Assembly (NCBI GenBank): GCA_021811615.1 | Contig: JAJZNW010000087.1 | Span: 2,263-66,262 of the forward strand | Reading direction: 5' to 3' | Length of the DNA: 64,000 nt | Source: Bacteroidota bacterium | GTDB lineage: Bacteria; Bacteroidota; Ignavibacteria; Kryptoniales; JAKASW01 | Shown: positions 9,159-19,842 of the stretch, in pieces | Layout of the letters: each line of letters starts with the position of its first letter | How positions within the stretch are numbered: position 1 is the stretch's first letter | Position numbers and translations under genes: made by a program | The notes under the pieces: generated by a model | What the model was told of the DNA's origin: nothing | What the model saw: the letters and a program-made list of their open reading frames with translations, nothing else | Databases searched by the model: none

Positions 9159-11249
9159 ATGAAAAAGGGAGTGACGTACGCCATATTTGTGGCGCTTCTC
9201 CTTACCATGGCCGGATGTTCAAAATATAAGGTGGCGTCTTTCGTGATGCCGACCTGGAATATGCAGCTTTCGGCGCCGATTTTCGACCGAACGTATACGC
9301 TTTTGCAAATGATTTCAAAAGACACTGTTCAGGTCACGAACGGCGACACTACTTTTCTCCTGCCGAACTCGCAGACCCAGGTCTTCACGCTTTTGAGATC
9401 TCAAACCCTTAACGGCATTTCGGTCGGGAGCAATTTGAAAATCGGAGCTGTGCCTCAGACGAACGTTGCCCAGAGTCCGAAAGACTTTTCCATCGCCAAT
9501 CCGCCGTCCATCCACTATTCGGCTATAAACTCGTCAATCGTTACCGGCACAGTCCCTTTGGTCCCTGCGATCCCAAAACAGAGTGAGACCATTACACCGA
9601 CGGACGCATTCACGAATTTCAAGACTGCTACACTCAGCAGCGGAACATTGACGATCACAATCCACAACGGCTATCCCGCCGCCATCGACTTCGAAAACGG
9701 ACTTAATCTGATCGATGCTAACGGACAGCCCATCAACATTCCTGTTCCGAACAATTCGATACCGGGAAACCAGACTGTCGCACTTCCCGCAGTTTCGCTC
9801 GCAGGCAAGACTATTTCGGATCAGCCCTCGGTTACATTCACCGACAGTTCCAAGGGGTCATCGTCGCCTGCGACGATACAATCCGATACGACCATATCAT
9901 TTTCCGCTTCGATGGCAAATGTCCATGTGTCGTCTGCGAATGCGATAGTGCCGGCTCAGCCCGATATCGTCATCGACTCGAGCATCGTCATCCAGGACGG
10001 TAACAAGGTACAGACCGCATCCATCGACACCGGAAGCGTCAGCTTAACGGTGAGAAACAACTATAACATAAGTATTCCTGTCAGCCTCAGCATTCCAGGG
10101 CTCAGCAAGAGCGGGGCATCTCTCACACGGAGCTTCACGTTGTCTCCCAAGGGGACGTCGGGGAGTGTGTACTCTACTCCGATTTCTCTCAACGGCTACA
10201 CTCTGAACATGGCCGACCCGTCGACGGGTGCTCCTTCCGATTCGCTGAAATATAACGTCACTGCTCAGATTCCGGGATCTAATGGAAGTTACGTTAATAT
10301 CGCAACTACCGATTCCATCACTGCTTCGTTCCAGCTGACGGGGCTTCAACTTTCGTCTTTCTCCGGAGAGGTCCATCTCGCGAATCCTATCAACATTGCT
10401 CCCGATACACAGAAGGTGGATCTTGGTTCGTTTGCATCGAAGTTCAACGGCGCAATCCTCTTTGGACCTGGAACGACGCTGCAGCTGAGAGTAAACAGCA
10501 TAGGTTTCCCCTGTGAGGCTCACATATCGCTTATACCAACGAGCAGCGAGTACCTTTCATCCGCCCCTGTGGATTCTGCCGTCGTGGATACGATGATCTA
10601 TCCCAACCGCACTAACGTGATAACGCTCGGTCAGAGTTTCGTTAAGGCTCTCAATGCTTTCTCCGAAACTTACAGGACTATCCCCGACAGGTTCATAATC
10701 AGCGGATACGTGCTTGTGAATCCTGGAGGCACCGCAACAGGATCTGTCAAGAGCACAGACATGGTAACGGGGAGCGGAACGATCACGATGCCGTTAGATC
10801 TTGGAATCATCAACGCGCAGTATGCGGATACAACCAAGACCGCCGTCATAACCGATTCCAGTACGTCAGCGAAACTTGCCAATGTCGATAGCGGTAGCGT
10901 CGTCATTGAAGTATGGAACGGCCTGCCGCTGCAGGTTACCATGATGGGGCAGCTGATCGACACGACGACTCACGCCGTCCTCATGAATTTTCCGAGTGAC
11001 AGCATCTACATTCCGGCGGCTCAAATCAACCCGGACGGGAGTGTCAAGGATTCTGTGTTCAGCAAGAACATCGTTTCGCTTACGGCGGCGCAGGCAAAGA
11101 GTCTCGGGAACAGTTATATGAGATTCTTCTTCAGAGTTGTGACGCCACCCGGGGCGACTACGGTCCCGTTCAAGAAGGATAACGATATTTCCTTGAGGGT
11201 CTACGGCAATTTTGCCCTCAAGGTTGACAAAAGCCTGACCGGAAAGTGA
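9159..11249 (+). CDS. large lipoprotein with three internal beta-sandwich-like repeats, function unknown
   Basis: Signal peptide plus lipobox LLLTMAGC. A repeated motif is visible three times: SSGTLTITIHNGYPAAI / DTGSVSLTVRNNYNISIPV / DSGSVVIEVWNGLPLQV. Composition is Ser/Thr/Asn-rich. Confidence 0.7.
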   Translation: MKKGVTYAIFVALLLTMAGCSKYKVASFVMPTWNMQLSAPIFDRTYTLLQMISKDTVQVTNGDTTFLLPNSQTQVFTLLRSQTLNGISVGSNLKIGAVPQTNVAQSPKDFSIANPPSIHYSAINSSIVTGTVPLVPAIPKQSETITPTDAFTNFKTATLSSGTLTITIHNGYPAAIDFENGLNLIDANGQPINIPVPNNSIPGNQTVALPAVSLAGKTISDQPSVTFTDSSKGSSSPATIQSDTTISFSASMANVHVSSANAIVPAQPDIVIDSSIVIQDGNKVQTASIDTGSVSLTVRNNYNISIPVSLSIPGLSKSGASLTRSFTLSPKGTSGSVYSTPISLNGYTLNMADPSTGAPSDSLKYNVTAQIPGSNGSYVNIATTDSITASFQLTGLQLSSFSGEVHLANPINIAPDTQKVDLGSFASKFNGAILFGPGTTLQLRVNSIGFPCEAHISLIPTSSEYLSSAPVDSAVVDTMIYPNRTNVITLGQSFVKALNAFSETYRTIPDRFIISGYVLVNPGGTATGSVKSTDMVTGSGTITMPLDLGIINAQYADTTKTAVITDSSTSAKLANVDSGSVVIEVWNGLPLQVTMMGQLIDTTTHAVLMNFPSDSIYIPAAQINPDGSVKDSVFSKNIVSLTAAQAKSLGNSYMRFFFRVVTPPGATTVPFKKDNDISLRVYGNFALKVDKSLTGK

Positions 11250-11260
11250 GGAGAGGGAAA

Positions 11261-12724
11261 ATGAAGAGAATATTAGTCCTTGCAGCCCTTTTCCTCGCCC
11301 CGTTGGTCAGCCTGCGCGCGCAACAGATCGCAAGCAGCAGGCTGATCTCGATGGGGGGTGTGTCAACGGCAGTATCATCCAACGTAGATGCCATAGGTAC
11401 GAATCCCGCGAATTTGGTCGCGATTTCCCGCGGCAATGTCGTCGTCGAACTTGCGCCGATCAGTGTGAGGGCGGGAACGGATTTCATGAGCCTCGGCCTC
11501 TACAACAACTATTTCACCGGCACCGGCCAGGTAGACAGCGCCGGCAAAAAGATCGGAAAGTACCTCACGGCGGCGGATAAACAAAACATATTGGATGCAT
11601 TCCCCGGTGGCGTAGGGGAGGTGCTTACCGACGTCAGCATTCGTGACTTAGGCGTTTCGGTGCGGAACAATGACTTCGCCCTCGGTTTTGCCGTCGACGA
11701 TAATATCGGCGCCCGTGCTACTGTGCCGAACTCTTTCGTGATGTTCGCTCTCGATGGGAATGCTCCGGGATCTAATTTCTCGTGGGACAATATCAGCTCG
11801 ACGGCGTGGTGGTACAGAAGCTATAACGCCGACTTTGCGATCAGACTCCCTAATCCGGTCGCGATCCCCAAAGACATCGCAAACGATTTCAGCGCAGGCA
11901 TCGGGGTCAAATACGTTACCGGTCTTGCATACGCCTCGGCGCAGACGGACAACAGCTACTTGCAGACCGACTCCGCAAATTACGCTTTCAACGTAGGTCT
12001 GGGATTCAACGGGATGCGCGCCGGCATTCTAAGCAACGCGATTTCCAAGGTGATGAAGAGCAGTGTCGGCGACAGGACGGTGAATTTGAACCCGTTTTCT
12101 CCCGCAGGCACGGGATTCGGCTTCGATCTCGGCGGTACCGCGAGAGTTCTCGAATTCGTCAAGGTTGGCGTCAGCTTGACCGATATAGGATCGATTTCCT
12201 GGACGAAGAACACCATCACCACGTCCGGCGATACTTCTTTCACGTTCAATGGCTTTTCACCTGCCGAAACCGGCGTCCCTAACGCGACGAGTAACCTCGA
12301 CAGCCTCAACAATGCTTTCAAAAATTTCTTCAAGAACAGGGATTCATTGTCGTCGGGCTTCACTACACCGCTCCCGACGCGTTTCAACCTGGGTGCGTCA
12401 GTGAACATGGATGAGGTGTTCCCGTCGATTCCGGGCCAACTCCTTCTCGCAGTTGACTATCACCAGGGACTCAACAACTCTCTCGGTAATTCCACGGTCC
12501 CGGAGTTCGACCTCGGTGCGGAGTGGAAACCCGTTGGTTTTCTTCCCATAAGGACGGGACTCGGATTCGGCGGTGCTTATGGTTTCAGATGGGCATTGGG
12601 TATCGGCATCGACATGCCATTCTGGGATATCGATCTGGGTGTCGGAACATTCAATGCCGTAGTTGCGCCAACCAGTGCGAAGGACCTATCTGTGACGCTA
12701 AGTTTCCTCAAGTTCAGATTCTGA
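11261..12724 (+). CDS. outer-membrane beta-barrel protein (FadL/PorV-like, putative)
   Basis: Signal peptide MKRILVLAALFLAPLVSLRAQQ, N-terminal ISMGGVSTAVSSNVDAIGTNPANLV, alternating barrel-like sequence, and a C-terminus ...LSFLKFRF ending in Phe. GAGGAGAGGG precedes ATG 11261, while the track start GTG 11246 overlaps the upstream stop. Confidence 0.7.
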   Translation: MKRILVLAALFLAPLVSLRAQQIASSRLISMGGVSTAVSSNVDAIGTNPANLVAISRGNVVVELAPISVRAGTDFMSLGLYNNYFTGTGQVDSAGKKIGKYLTAADKQNILDAFPGGVGEVLTDVSIRDLGVSVRNNDFALGFAVDDNIGARATVPNSFVMFALDGNAPGSNFSWDNISSTAWWYRSYNADFAIRLPNPVAIPKDIANDFSAGIGVKYVTGLAYASAQTDNSYLQTDSANYAFNVGLGFNGMRAGILSNAISKVMKSSVGDRTVNLNPFSPAGTGFGFDLGGTARVLEFVKVGVSLTDIGSISWTKNTITTSGDTSFTFNGFSPAETGVPNATSNLDSLNNAFKNFFKNRDSLSSGFTTPLPTRFNLGASVNMDEVFPSIPGQLLLAVDYHQGLNNSLGNSTVPEFDLGAEWKPVGFLPIRTGLGFGGAYGFRWALGIGIDMPFWDIDLGVGTFNAVVAPTSAKDLSVTLSFLKFRF

Positions 12725-12750
12725 CGACGGCATGTATCATGAAATTGTCG

Positions 12751-12783
12751 AACGCATCCCGGGTATCCGGGATGCGTTTTTTT
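12751..12783 (+). terminator. rho-independent terminator
   Basis: AACGCATCCCGG-GTAT-CCGGGATGCGTT perfect 12-bp stem followed by a T-run. Confidence 0.85.
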
Positions 12784-12850
12784 ATGACGGAATACTTGAT
12801 TACGCCTTCTGCGCTGACTATAATATGAGCAGCGAACAGCTAGTTCCTTA

Positions 12851-15800
12851 ATGATAATTGCTGCCGACATACTCGACTTCCTATTTGTTTTCCTGCCCGT
12901 TGTTTTTCTGACTCATCTCGCATTCAGGATAGGCCTTTCTTACGGAAGATCTAAAGGGAGCCCGTCGCTCTTTGCAGGGACGTCGATCATCACCTTCTCG
13001 TACCTGTTTAAGATTTACTTCGAAATTGTTTTCGGTAAAGTGGACTCTTTCTGGTTTTTCATTCTTACTTTCGGGACTGCGGTCGGGCTTATCTTTGCGC
13101 TTATCGGTACGATCAGGATAAATGCATTTCTCAATACGAATCTTCCGGAGACAGCTGCGAGAAGCAAGAAGGCCGCCCGGATCAGCCAGTTCGTAGCAGC
13201 CATTTTTCTCCTTATCTTCATTCCTTCATTTCTCGGTTTCGGCCGTCCGATGTACTGGAAGCTCGGCGCCATCTGTTATATCATAAGACAGGCAGCGCTT
13301 TTCGGCGTCGTCATGTTTGCCGCGGAACTGTATGGACTTACTGGTCAAAAGGACGCTGCCTGGAAAGCAAAGTTGACCAGAGTGCTCGGTGGGTACTATC
13401 TGGCAGAGCCGGCAATCTGGATTGCCGTCGCAGGCTTGACCGGTGGGCTAACCTCGCAGCCGAGACTAAGGTTGTCAATAAACGTGGTCGGCCTGGCGGT
13501 TTCTCTGGCAGTGAGTCTTATGATAATACAGTTCATTCGGATCCACCTCCCCGTAGTCCTACGGAATGTCAAGACTACCTACATCGATGCGCTCAGGGTG
13601 AGGGTGCTTCGCGATCTGTATCTGATAGGTGCCGGGCTGACAATATTTGTCTTCGTGATTCTTCTTATTGCACAATCGCTCTACGAGGATTTGAGGATCT
13701 CGACGCTGCAAACCTACGCTCAATCCGGGCTGGCTGTCGAGAAGCTTGCCGCCGCCAGGGTTCGCTCTTCGTTGCAGGACGTTGTACTTCGCCTCCAACG
13801 AACGGAGGAAGCCGCAGATCCAAGGGTGGCCATGCTGGACCTTAAGCAAAGCAAACCGTTTGTCGAAGCGGTCGGCGATGCGGACAGCGCCAAGTCGATA
13901 CGACTGCTATACGGGCCCAGGTCTGCCGTTGTGGATACCGTCATCTCGAGGCTCCTGGACGAAACCCGGCAGGAGGCGGAAGACAATGGAATAGAGATAA
14001 CATCGGGCAGGACCGGAAACAACCTGAAGTATCTTGTAGTTGTGAGATCCCGGAGTCGATACAGGGTCAGTAAGTACGTGTTCGCGTTGTTGGACGTCAG
14101 AAGCCTGATTTCTTATAACGTGTCGGGGCTGAGCGGGTTTGGAGCCGATTTCAGGATGATCTCTCCGGGGATGAAGATCGTCTACTCGGCGGTGAAGAAT
14201 GAGATTGGGGAGGATTTCAGCGATGCCGTTCTCACCGACACGGAGATCGACCCAAGGGCCCTTTCGGCAAAGATGAACGAGTTATCCGGCATGCAGTCCG
14301 GCGGATTTAAGATACTCAGGGGACAGAGCAGGGCTGGAATGGGGGAGTATTTTCTGCTTATTACAACTCCATTGAACTTCCAGGGTTTCCGCGGCGCGAT
14401 TGCCTCTGTCCAACCGGAGGAAAGAATTTCCAACCTTTTCAAACCCACTAATTCGCTTCTGCTTCTCGCGGGACTCCTTGCGGTGGGGTTATTGGGCGGG
14501 GGAATCGTAATAATGTCCGTTGCATTCAAGTGGTCCATGAGACTTGAGAAGGAAGTGCAGGACAAAGTTTCCGAGCTCAGGGGCTCGGAGGATAAGTACC
14601 GTCGGATAGTGGAGAATCCGTATATTGGCAGCTTCATCTTGGTTGATAATCGCCTGATCTTTGCGAACTCCAGGCTCGCCGAGATACTTGAGACGGAGGT
14701 CGACCGCCTTTCGGGGAGTGATCTTTCGGTCTTCATAGAAGGCAAGGAACATGGTACGCTTCTGAATGTTTTCAATTCGATATTGAAGGGCGAAAAGAAC
14801 GGCGATCGGTGGCAAGTGAACGGCACGACGGCTTCCGGCAGGCACATTACGCTCTCGGGATATTCAAGCCTCATCCATATCGGGAGCAAGGTCGGCGTTC
14901 AATCCCTTGTAGTCGACAGCACGAGTGAATTCCGGGAGAAGGAAAAACTGGAGCAGTTCGAGCGGCTTGAGTCGATGGCTACCCTGGCGGCGGGCATCGC
15001 TCACGACTTCAACAATATCCTCCAGGTCGTGCTCGGCTCCTCTCAACTCCTTCAACGAAGGCTGGGAAATACCGATCTGCGGAAATATGCCGATAACATA
15101 ACAAATGTCGCGCTGCGAGGAAGCGATCTGTCGAGGCGTCTCCTTACGTTCAGCCGGCAGAAGGGTCTTGATCAGACGAGGGCGTTTGACGTCAACGCTA
15201 TAATAGTCGAATCGCTGCCGTTGTTCGAGGAGACTTTCCCCCGCACTATCAAGATAGAAACAGAACTCCAGGATAAACCGATTTACGTGGAGGGAGATCA
15301 AAGCCAGGTACAGCAGGTCATCTTCAACCTCGCCGTCAACGCGAGAGATGCGATGCCTCATGGTGGAACACTGCTCATCAAGACCGAGACGCGCGAAGTC
15401 CTGCCGATGGAAGCAGATATTTACCAGGTCACTCCCGGCACCTACGCTTACATAATGGTGAGAGACAATGGAGAGGGAATACCACCCGAGCTGATGAGCA
15501 AGATATTCGAGCCGTTCTTTACTACAAAGCCTCCGGGGAAAGGTACGGGCCTCGGTCTCAGTGTGGTCTATGGAATCGTGCGGTCGCACAACGGTTTTCT
15601 CAAGGTATACAGTGAAGTCAGAAAAGGAACGGTTTTCAGTATTTTCCTTCCGCCCACGTCGCCCAGGGAAATTACAGAACCTGGTAATGAGCAGCCGAGG
15701 ATAAGTGAGCCATACTCGACATATGGCAGCCGAATCCTGTTTGTCGACGATGAACCCGGTATCAGGGAAGCGGCTGAATTCTTGCTCGACCAGGCAGGCT

Positions 15801-16102
15801 ACTCCGTAGTTACGGCAAAAGACGGAATGACAGCCCTGGAAATTTACCGAAAAGAGTGGGAAGAGATTAGTCTTGTCGTTCTCGATTTGAATATGCCGGA
15901 ACTGTCAGGGAGAGAAGTACTCGAGAATTTCACGATAATCAACCCTGATGTTCGAGTCCTCATCGCGACGGGCTATATCACCGCGGAGGAGCGTGCGGGC
16001 TTGAAAGGAATTGTCGAAGTAATAGAGAAGCCTTTCGATTTCGATCAGCTTATCCAGAAGGTCAGGGCCGCGCTGGAGACTCCGAGCAGCGCGAAGACGT
16101 AG
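12851..16102 (+). CDS. hybrid sensor histidine kinase/response regulator with multi-TM N-terminus and PAS domain
   Basis: About 8 hydrophobic helices at the N-terminus. H-box [14 protein letters not shown] and ATPase boxes [33 protein letters not shown]-terminal receiver [10 protein letters not shown]...[12 protein letters not shown]...EKPF. Confidence 0.9.
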   Translation: MIIAADILDFLFVFLPVVFLTHLAFRIGLSYGRSKGSPSLFAGTSIITFSYLFKIYFEIVFGKVDSFWFFILTFGTAVGLIFALIGTIRINAFLNTNLPETAARSKKAARISQFVAAIFLLIFIPSFLGFGRPMYWKLGAICYIIRQAALFGVVMFAAELYGLTGQKDAAWKAKLTRVLGGYYLAEPAIWIAVAGLTGGLTSQPRLRLSINVVGLAVSLAVSLMIIQFIRIHLPVVLRNVKTTYIDALRVRVLRDLYLIGAGLTIFVFVILLIAQSLYEDLRISTLQTYAQSGLAVEKLAAARVRSSLQDVVLRLQRTEEAADPRVAMLDLKQSKPFVEAVGDADSAKSIRLLYGPRSAVVDTVISRLLDETRQEAEDNGIEITSGRTGNNLKYLVVVRSRSRYRVSKYVFALLDVRSLISYNVSGLSGFGADFRMISPGMKIVYSAVKNEIGEDFSDAVLTDTEIDPRALSAKMNELSGMQSGGFKILRGQSRAGMGEYFLLITTPLNFQGFRGAIASVQPEERISNLFKPTNSLLLLAGLLAVGLLGGGIVIMSVAFKWSMRLEKEVQDKVSELRGSEDKYRRIVENPYIGSFILVDNRLIFANSRLAEILETEVDRLSGSDLSVFIEGKEHGTLLNVFNSILKGEKNGDRWQVNGTTASGRHITLSGYSSLIHIGSKVGVQSLVVDSTSEFREKEKLEQFERLESMATLAAGIAHDFNNILQVVLGSSQLLQRRLGNTDLRKYADNITNVALRGSDLSRRLLTFSRQKGLDQTRAFDVNAIIVESLPLFEETFPRTIKIETELQDKPIYVEGDQSQVQQVIFNLAVNARDAMPHGGTLLIKTETREVLPMEADIYQVTPGTYAYIMVRDNGEGIPPELMSKIFEPFFTTKPPGKGTGLGLSVVYGIVRSHNGFLKVYSEVRKGTVFSIFLPPTSPREITEPGNEQPRISEPYSTYGSRILFVDDEPGIREAAEFLLDQAGYSVVTAKDGMTALEIYRKEWEEISLVVLDLNMPELSGREVLENFTIINPDVRVLIATGYITAEERAGLKGIVEVIEKPFDFDQLIQKVRAALETPSSAKT

Positions 16103-16342
16103 CCCGCGTCGTTGGATATTATCCGTTATTCTGCACCTTTTCGAGACGCGGCGGTTTCTTTTGGATTGTCATACACGCAAGGGGCACGGATTACATTAGA
16201 AGAAAATGAAACCATCTGTTACCTGCCAGCGGCACCGTTCGGCCTCGAGTCATTATGGTACGGTTCTTCCTTGTCAAGATGGGTACCCGCCGGCCGCCGA
16301 TACTCTTCCGTTTTAAGTCTTGCCTTGCTTATATTTTAGATC

Positions 16343-18994
16343 ATGAGAGAAGAAGTAGCCATAGCAATTGAGAAATTGAACTCGAAGCGTGAAAGCGCTA
16401 AGAGTCTGCACTCTTCCGGTGCGAAAGGGTCGGAAGTATCGCTGGCATTGACTGCCGCCGTTGATGAAGCCATCGTCAGGGCCGTCGAGGAGGTGGGCAA
16501 TCCGGACAACATCGCTGCGGTCGCAGTGGGTGGATACGGGAGAGCGGAGCTCTGCCCGCATTCCGACATCGATATTCTCTTTATCGTGGGAAGCGGAATC
16601 GAATCGAGTTTCCTGGCCCAGCGTATAATGCATTTTCTTTGGGATATGGGGCTGAACATCGGGCATTCGGTCCGCAACGTCGGGCAGGTTCTCCAGACTT
16701 ACAAGGACGATCACGACAGCTGGGCCGCGACGCTGGAGTACCGGTACGTGGCCGGGAGCAGGAAGCTCTTCGTGAAGCTCGAATCGGCGATCAGAGACTT
16801 CGTCTCGAAGAACACCGACAGAAGCTTCGTGAAATCCACGCTCGACGGCATCCGCGTGCGGCATAACAAATACGGCAGATCGACATCGCTGCTGGAGCCG
16901 AATCTGAAGAAGAGTGCAGGCGGGCTTCGCGATCTGCATGCACTCCTCTGGATGTACCGGGACATGTATCCCGATTTCCTCCCGGAGATAAATTACGAGC
17001 TGAAGCAGCCCGCTATCCTTGATTTTTTATCGAAACTTCTCGAAAAGGGCTACATAAACCAGCTTCAATACAATCACACGAGCGAAGCTTTCGAGTTCAT
17101 CTTACGCACGAGGCAGAGCCTTCATTATCAGTCTGCAAGCCTCAACGACCTCCTCGATTTCGAGATTCAAAAAAAAGTCGCTGTCGAGATGGGGTATGAA
17201 AGTGAGGATTATACAAGGGGAATCGAGAGCTTCATGCGCGTGTACTTCCGTCACGCGAGAAAAATACTCAGGCTAAACCAGGTCCTTTCTGACAAGATGA
17301 GGGCTGCCCTGAGGCCGCTGGAGGAGAGGGGCGAGGCAAGATACCTCGACGAAGATTATGCGCTCGCCGGAGACCAGATAGCTTTCAGACGAGAGGTGAC
17401 GACCGATCCCGTTATTCTGTTCAAGGCTTTCAAGCACAAGTCGGATACCGGACTTCACTTCGACGAAAACGTCCACGAGACGATAGCCCGCGAGCTCGAG
17501 AGTTTCAGCAAGCCGGAATTTCAGAGATCGAGCGAAGCGGCAGGGATATTCAAGTCTATTCTTCTTTCCGAGAAGAATGTGGCGTTCACGTTGAAATCGA
17601 TGAACGAACTCGGCGTGCTCGGGAGATATTTGCCGGAGTTCGGCAGGCTGATCGGTTTCTTCCAGCATAATGTCTATCATTATTACACTGCCGATGAGCA
17701 CACTCTCTCCGCTATCGAGAACCTCGAGACCGTCGGAGAACATGACAGGGTCCTCGGCGAGCTGCTGGCGGGCATCAAGAGGCGGGATACACTCTACCTC
17801 GGGGTACTGTTCCACGACATCGCCAAACCGATCTCCATCGGGAAACATGAGATAATCGGAGTCGACGTTGCGGAGAAGGCGCTCGGACGCGTCGGGTTCG
17901 ACGACATTATCGAGGATGTCGGCTTCCTCGTGAGGAATCACCTCAAGATGGAACAGATAGCGTTCCGGCGCAATATCGGCGACCCGGAAACGGTCTACTC
18001 GTTCACAAGGTTATTCGCGAACGAAGAACAGCTGAAGATGCTCTACCTCCTGACATACGCCGACCTCAGCGCAGTCAACCCGACCGTATGGACGAAGTGG
18101 AAGGCTCAGCTTCTCAATGAGCTCTACAGGAAATCTTACCAGATAGTCACTCAGGCGCTTGACCAGGAAGCTATAGAGACGCTTCAGCAGAAGCAGCGCC
18201 GCGAGAAAGAGAAGGCAATTATCAGGAAAATGCCTGGCGAGAAAACCGAAGCTATTCGGAAGCACTTCGGCGGGATTAAGAACGATCTCTATACCGTCGT
18301 GTTTGAAGATGGAGAGATAGTCGGCCATATCGAGGCCATTGAGTCGGACTTCGCGAGCGGCTCGACTGTCGCGGCAGTTCATGTAGACTTCAGTCGCAGC
18401 GATGAGTATACCGACGTAACGATCATCTCGCGCGATGCCCCGTTCCTCCTGTCCAAGTTTTGCTCTTCATTGAGCGCCAATGATGCCAATATCGTCGATG
18501 CCAGCATTTTCACAAGAGACGACGGGATAATCATCGACCGCTTCCGAGTGTTCGACAACATCACGAAGAAGAATCTTGCGGACTCACAGATGACGAAGAT
18601 CGAGTCCGATCTGCGTGCGATCCTGTCCGGCGAATCCGATCCGGAAAAGCTGTTCGAACGCCACAGGATGAAATGGCAGAGGAGGCTCAAGCACGAGGTG
18701 AACCCGAACGTCAAGGTGGCGGTTCAGACTTCAGAGACGAGCGACTTTACCCTCATCGAGGTGTTCGCTCCCGATTCTTTAGGTTTCCTCTATAAGGTCA
18801 CTTCTGCCATGTCGAGGGCGAAACTGAGTATCCACTTCGCGAAGATCGCCACGAGGGTCGACGGCATTGTCGATACCTTCTATGTACTGCGCCACGACGG
18901 CACCAAGCCTTCACCTGAAGAGCTGGACAGCGTGAGAGAGAGTATCCTGGAAATTGTGCACGAATCGATCGACTCCGAACTGATCTTCAAGTGA
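16343..18994 (+). CDS. glnD: [protein-PII] uridylyltransferase/uridylyl-removing enzyme
   Basis: Nucleotidyltransferase motif VGGYGRAELCPHSDIDILF, HD domain LGVLFHDIAKP, two C-terminal ACT-like segments, 883 aa. Confidence 0.88.
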   Translation: MREEVAIAIEKLNSKRESAKSLHSSGAKGSEVSLALTAAVDEAIVRAVEEVGNPDNIAAVAVGGYGRAELCPHSDIDILFIVGSGIESSFLAQRIMHFLWDMGLNIGHSVRNVGQVLQTYKDDHDSWAATLEYRYVAGSRKLFVKLESAIRDFVSKNTDRSFVKSTLDGIRVRHNKYGRSTSLLEPNLKKSAGGLRDLHALLWMYRDMYPDFLPEINYELKQPAILDFLSKLLEKGYINQLQYNHTSEAFEFILRTRQSLHYQSASLNDLLDFEIQKKVAVEMGYESEDYTRGIESFMRVYFRHARKILRLNQVLSDKMRAALRPLEERGEARYLDEDYALAGDQIAFRREVTTDPVILFKAFKHKSDTGLHFDENVHETIARELESFSKPEFQRSSEAAGIFKSILLSEKNVAFTLKSMNELGVLGRYLPEFGRLIGFFQHNVYHYYTADEHTLSAIENLETVGEHDRVLGELLAGIKRRDTLYLGVLFHDIAKPISIGKHEIIGVDVAEKALGRVGFDDIIEDVGFLVRNHLKMEQIAFRRNIGDPETVYSFTRLFANEEQLKMLYLLTYADLSAVNPTVWTKWKAQLLNELYRKSYQIVTQALDQEAIETLQQKQRREKEKAIIRKMPGEKTEAIRKHFGGIKNDLYTVVFEDGEIVGHIEAIESDFASGSTVAAVHVDFSRSDEYTDVTIISRDAPFLLSKFCSSLSANDANIVDASIFTRDDGIIIDRFRVFDNITKKNLADSQMTKIESDLRAILSGESDPEKLFERHRMKWQRRLKHEVNPNVKVAVQTSETSDFTLIEVFAPDSLGFLYKVTSAMSRAKLSIHFAKIATRVDGIVDTFYVLRHDGTKPSPEELDSVRESILEIVHESIDSELIFK

Positions 18995-19830
18995 TTTCAC
19001 CCGAAACAATACGAGGACCGGAGAGCCCGATAGGAGTGTTCGACTCCGGAATCGGCGGGCTCACTGTCGTGCGCCAGCTCATCGAGCTCCTGCCCAACGA
19101 GAACATCGTTTATTTCGGCGACACGGCGAGGGTACCTTACGGCAACAAGTCTGCGGAGGTCATCAGGGAATATGCCGTCCAGGACGCGAAGTTCCTCGTC
19201 TCGAAGGGGGTCAAGATTATCGTCATAGCGTGCAACACCGCTTCCGCGCTTGCAATGGATGCGGTCCACGCTTATTCTCCCGTCCCGACTATCGGCGTCA
19301 TCGAGCCGACAGCAAAAGAAGCCGCGAAGCTCTCGGGGTCGAAGGGAGTCGGAGTCATCGGGACGCTTTCGACGATCGGTTCCGGGGCTTACACTTCCGC
19401 ACTTCAACTGATCGATCCGAAGGCGAAGATAATGACGCAGGCATGTCCTCTGTTCGTGCCTCTCGCGGAAGAGGGGATGTTCGAACACCAAGTGACCGAT
19501 CTTGTCGCGCGCGAATACCTTTCGAAGTTCGCCGGCAAAGTCGATGTGATGATACTAGGATGCACGCATTATCCTCTTCTTCGGGGAGCGATATCCGGTA
19601 TCCTCGGAAACGATGTTTGCCTTGTCGATGCGGGCGCCGCGACCGCGAAGTCGGTATTTGAGATGCTGTCTTGCTCTGAAATGCTGAACCCTCAAAAGTC
19701 CAAGCCGCGCTACGAATTCTACGTCAGCGACTTTCCACAGAAGTTCAACGAGATTGCAGAGAGGTTTCTCGGCAGGAAACTGGAGTTCGTGAGAAAGGTG
19801 CAGATTTACTCCAGCGGCGAAATCCGCTGA
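18991..19830 (+). CDS. murI: glutamate racemase
   Basis: IGVFDSGIGGLTV, the catalytic Cys motifs IACNTAS and LGCTHYPLL, and a GTGA overlap with glnD. Confidence 0.95.
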   Translation: MISPETIRGPESPIGVFDSGIGGLTVVRQLIELLPNENIVYFGDTARVPYGNKSAEVIREYAVQDAKFLVSKGVKIIVIACNTASALAMDAVHAYSPVPTIGVIEPTAKEAAKLSGSKGVGVIGTLSTIGSGAYTSALQLIDPKAKIMTQACPLFVPLAEEGMFEHQVTDLVAREYLSKFAGKVDVMILGCTHYPLLRGAISGILGNDVCLVDAGAATAKSVFEMLSCSEMLNPQKSKPRYEFYVSDFPQKFNEIAERFLGRKLEFVRKVQIYSSGEIR

Positions 19831-19842
19831 GGGTATCGCCCG

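Noticed and set aside
14182-15589. Minus-strand ORFs of 235 and 241 aa inside the histidine kinase
   Set aside because: The sense strand carries unmistakable H-box and ATPase motifs, while the antisense translations are low-complexity.
16112-16339. 75-aa ORF between the histidine kinase and glnD
   Set aside because: It begins at a TTG alternative start (the only in-frame ATG, near 16256, would leave about 27 aa), has no SD and no motif. It fills an intergenic spacer and is probably spurious.
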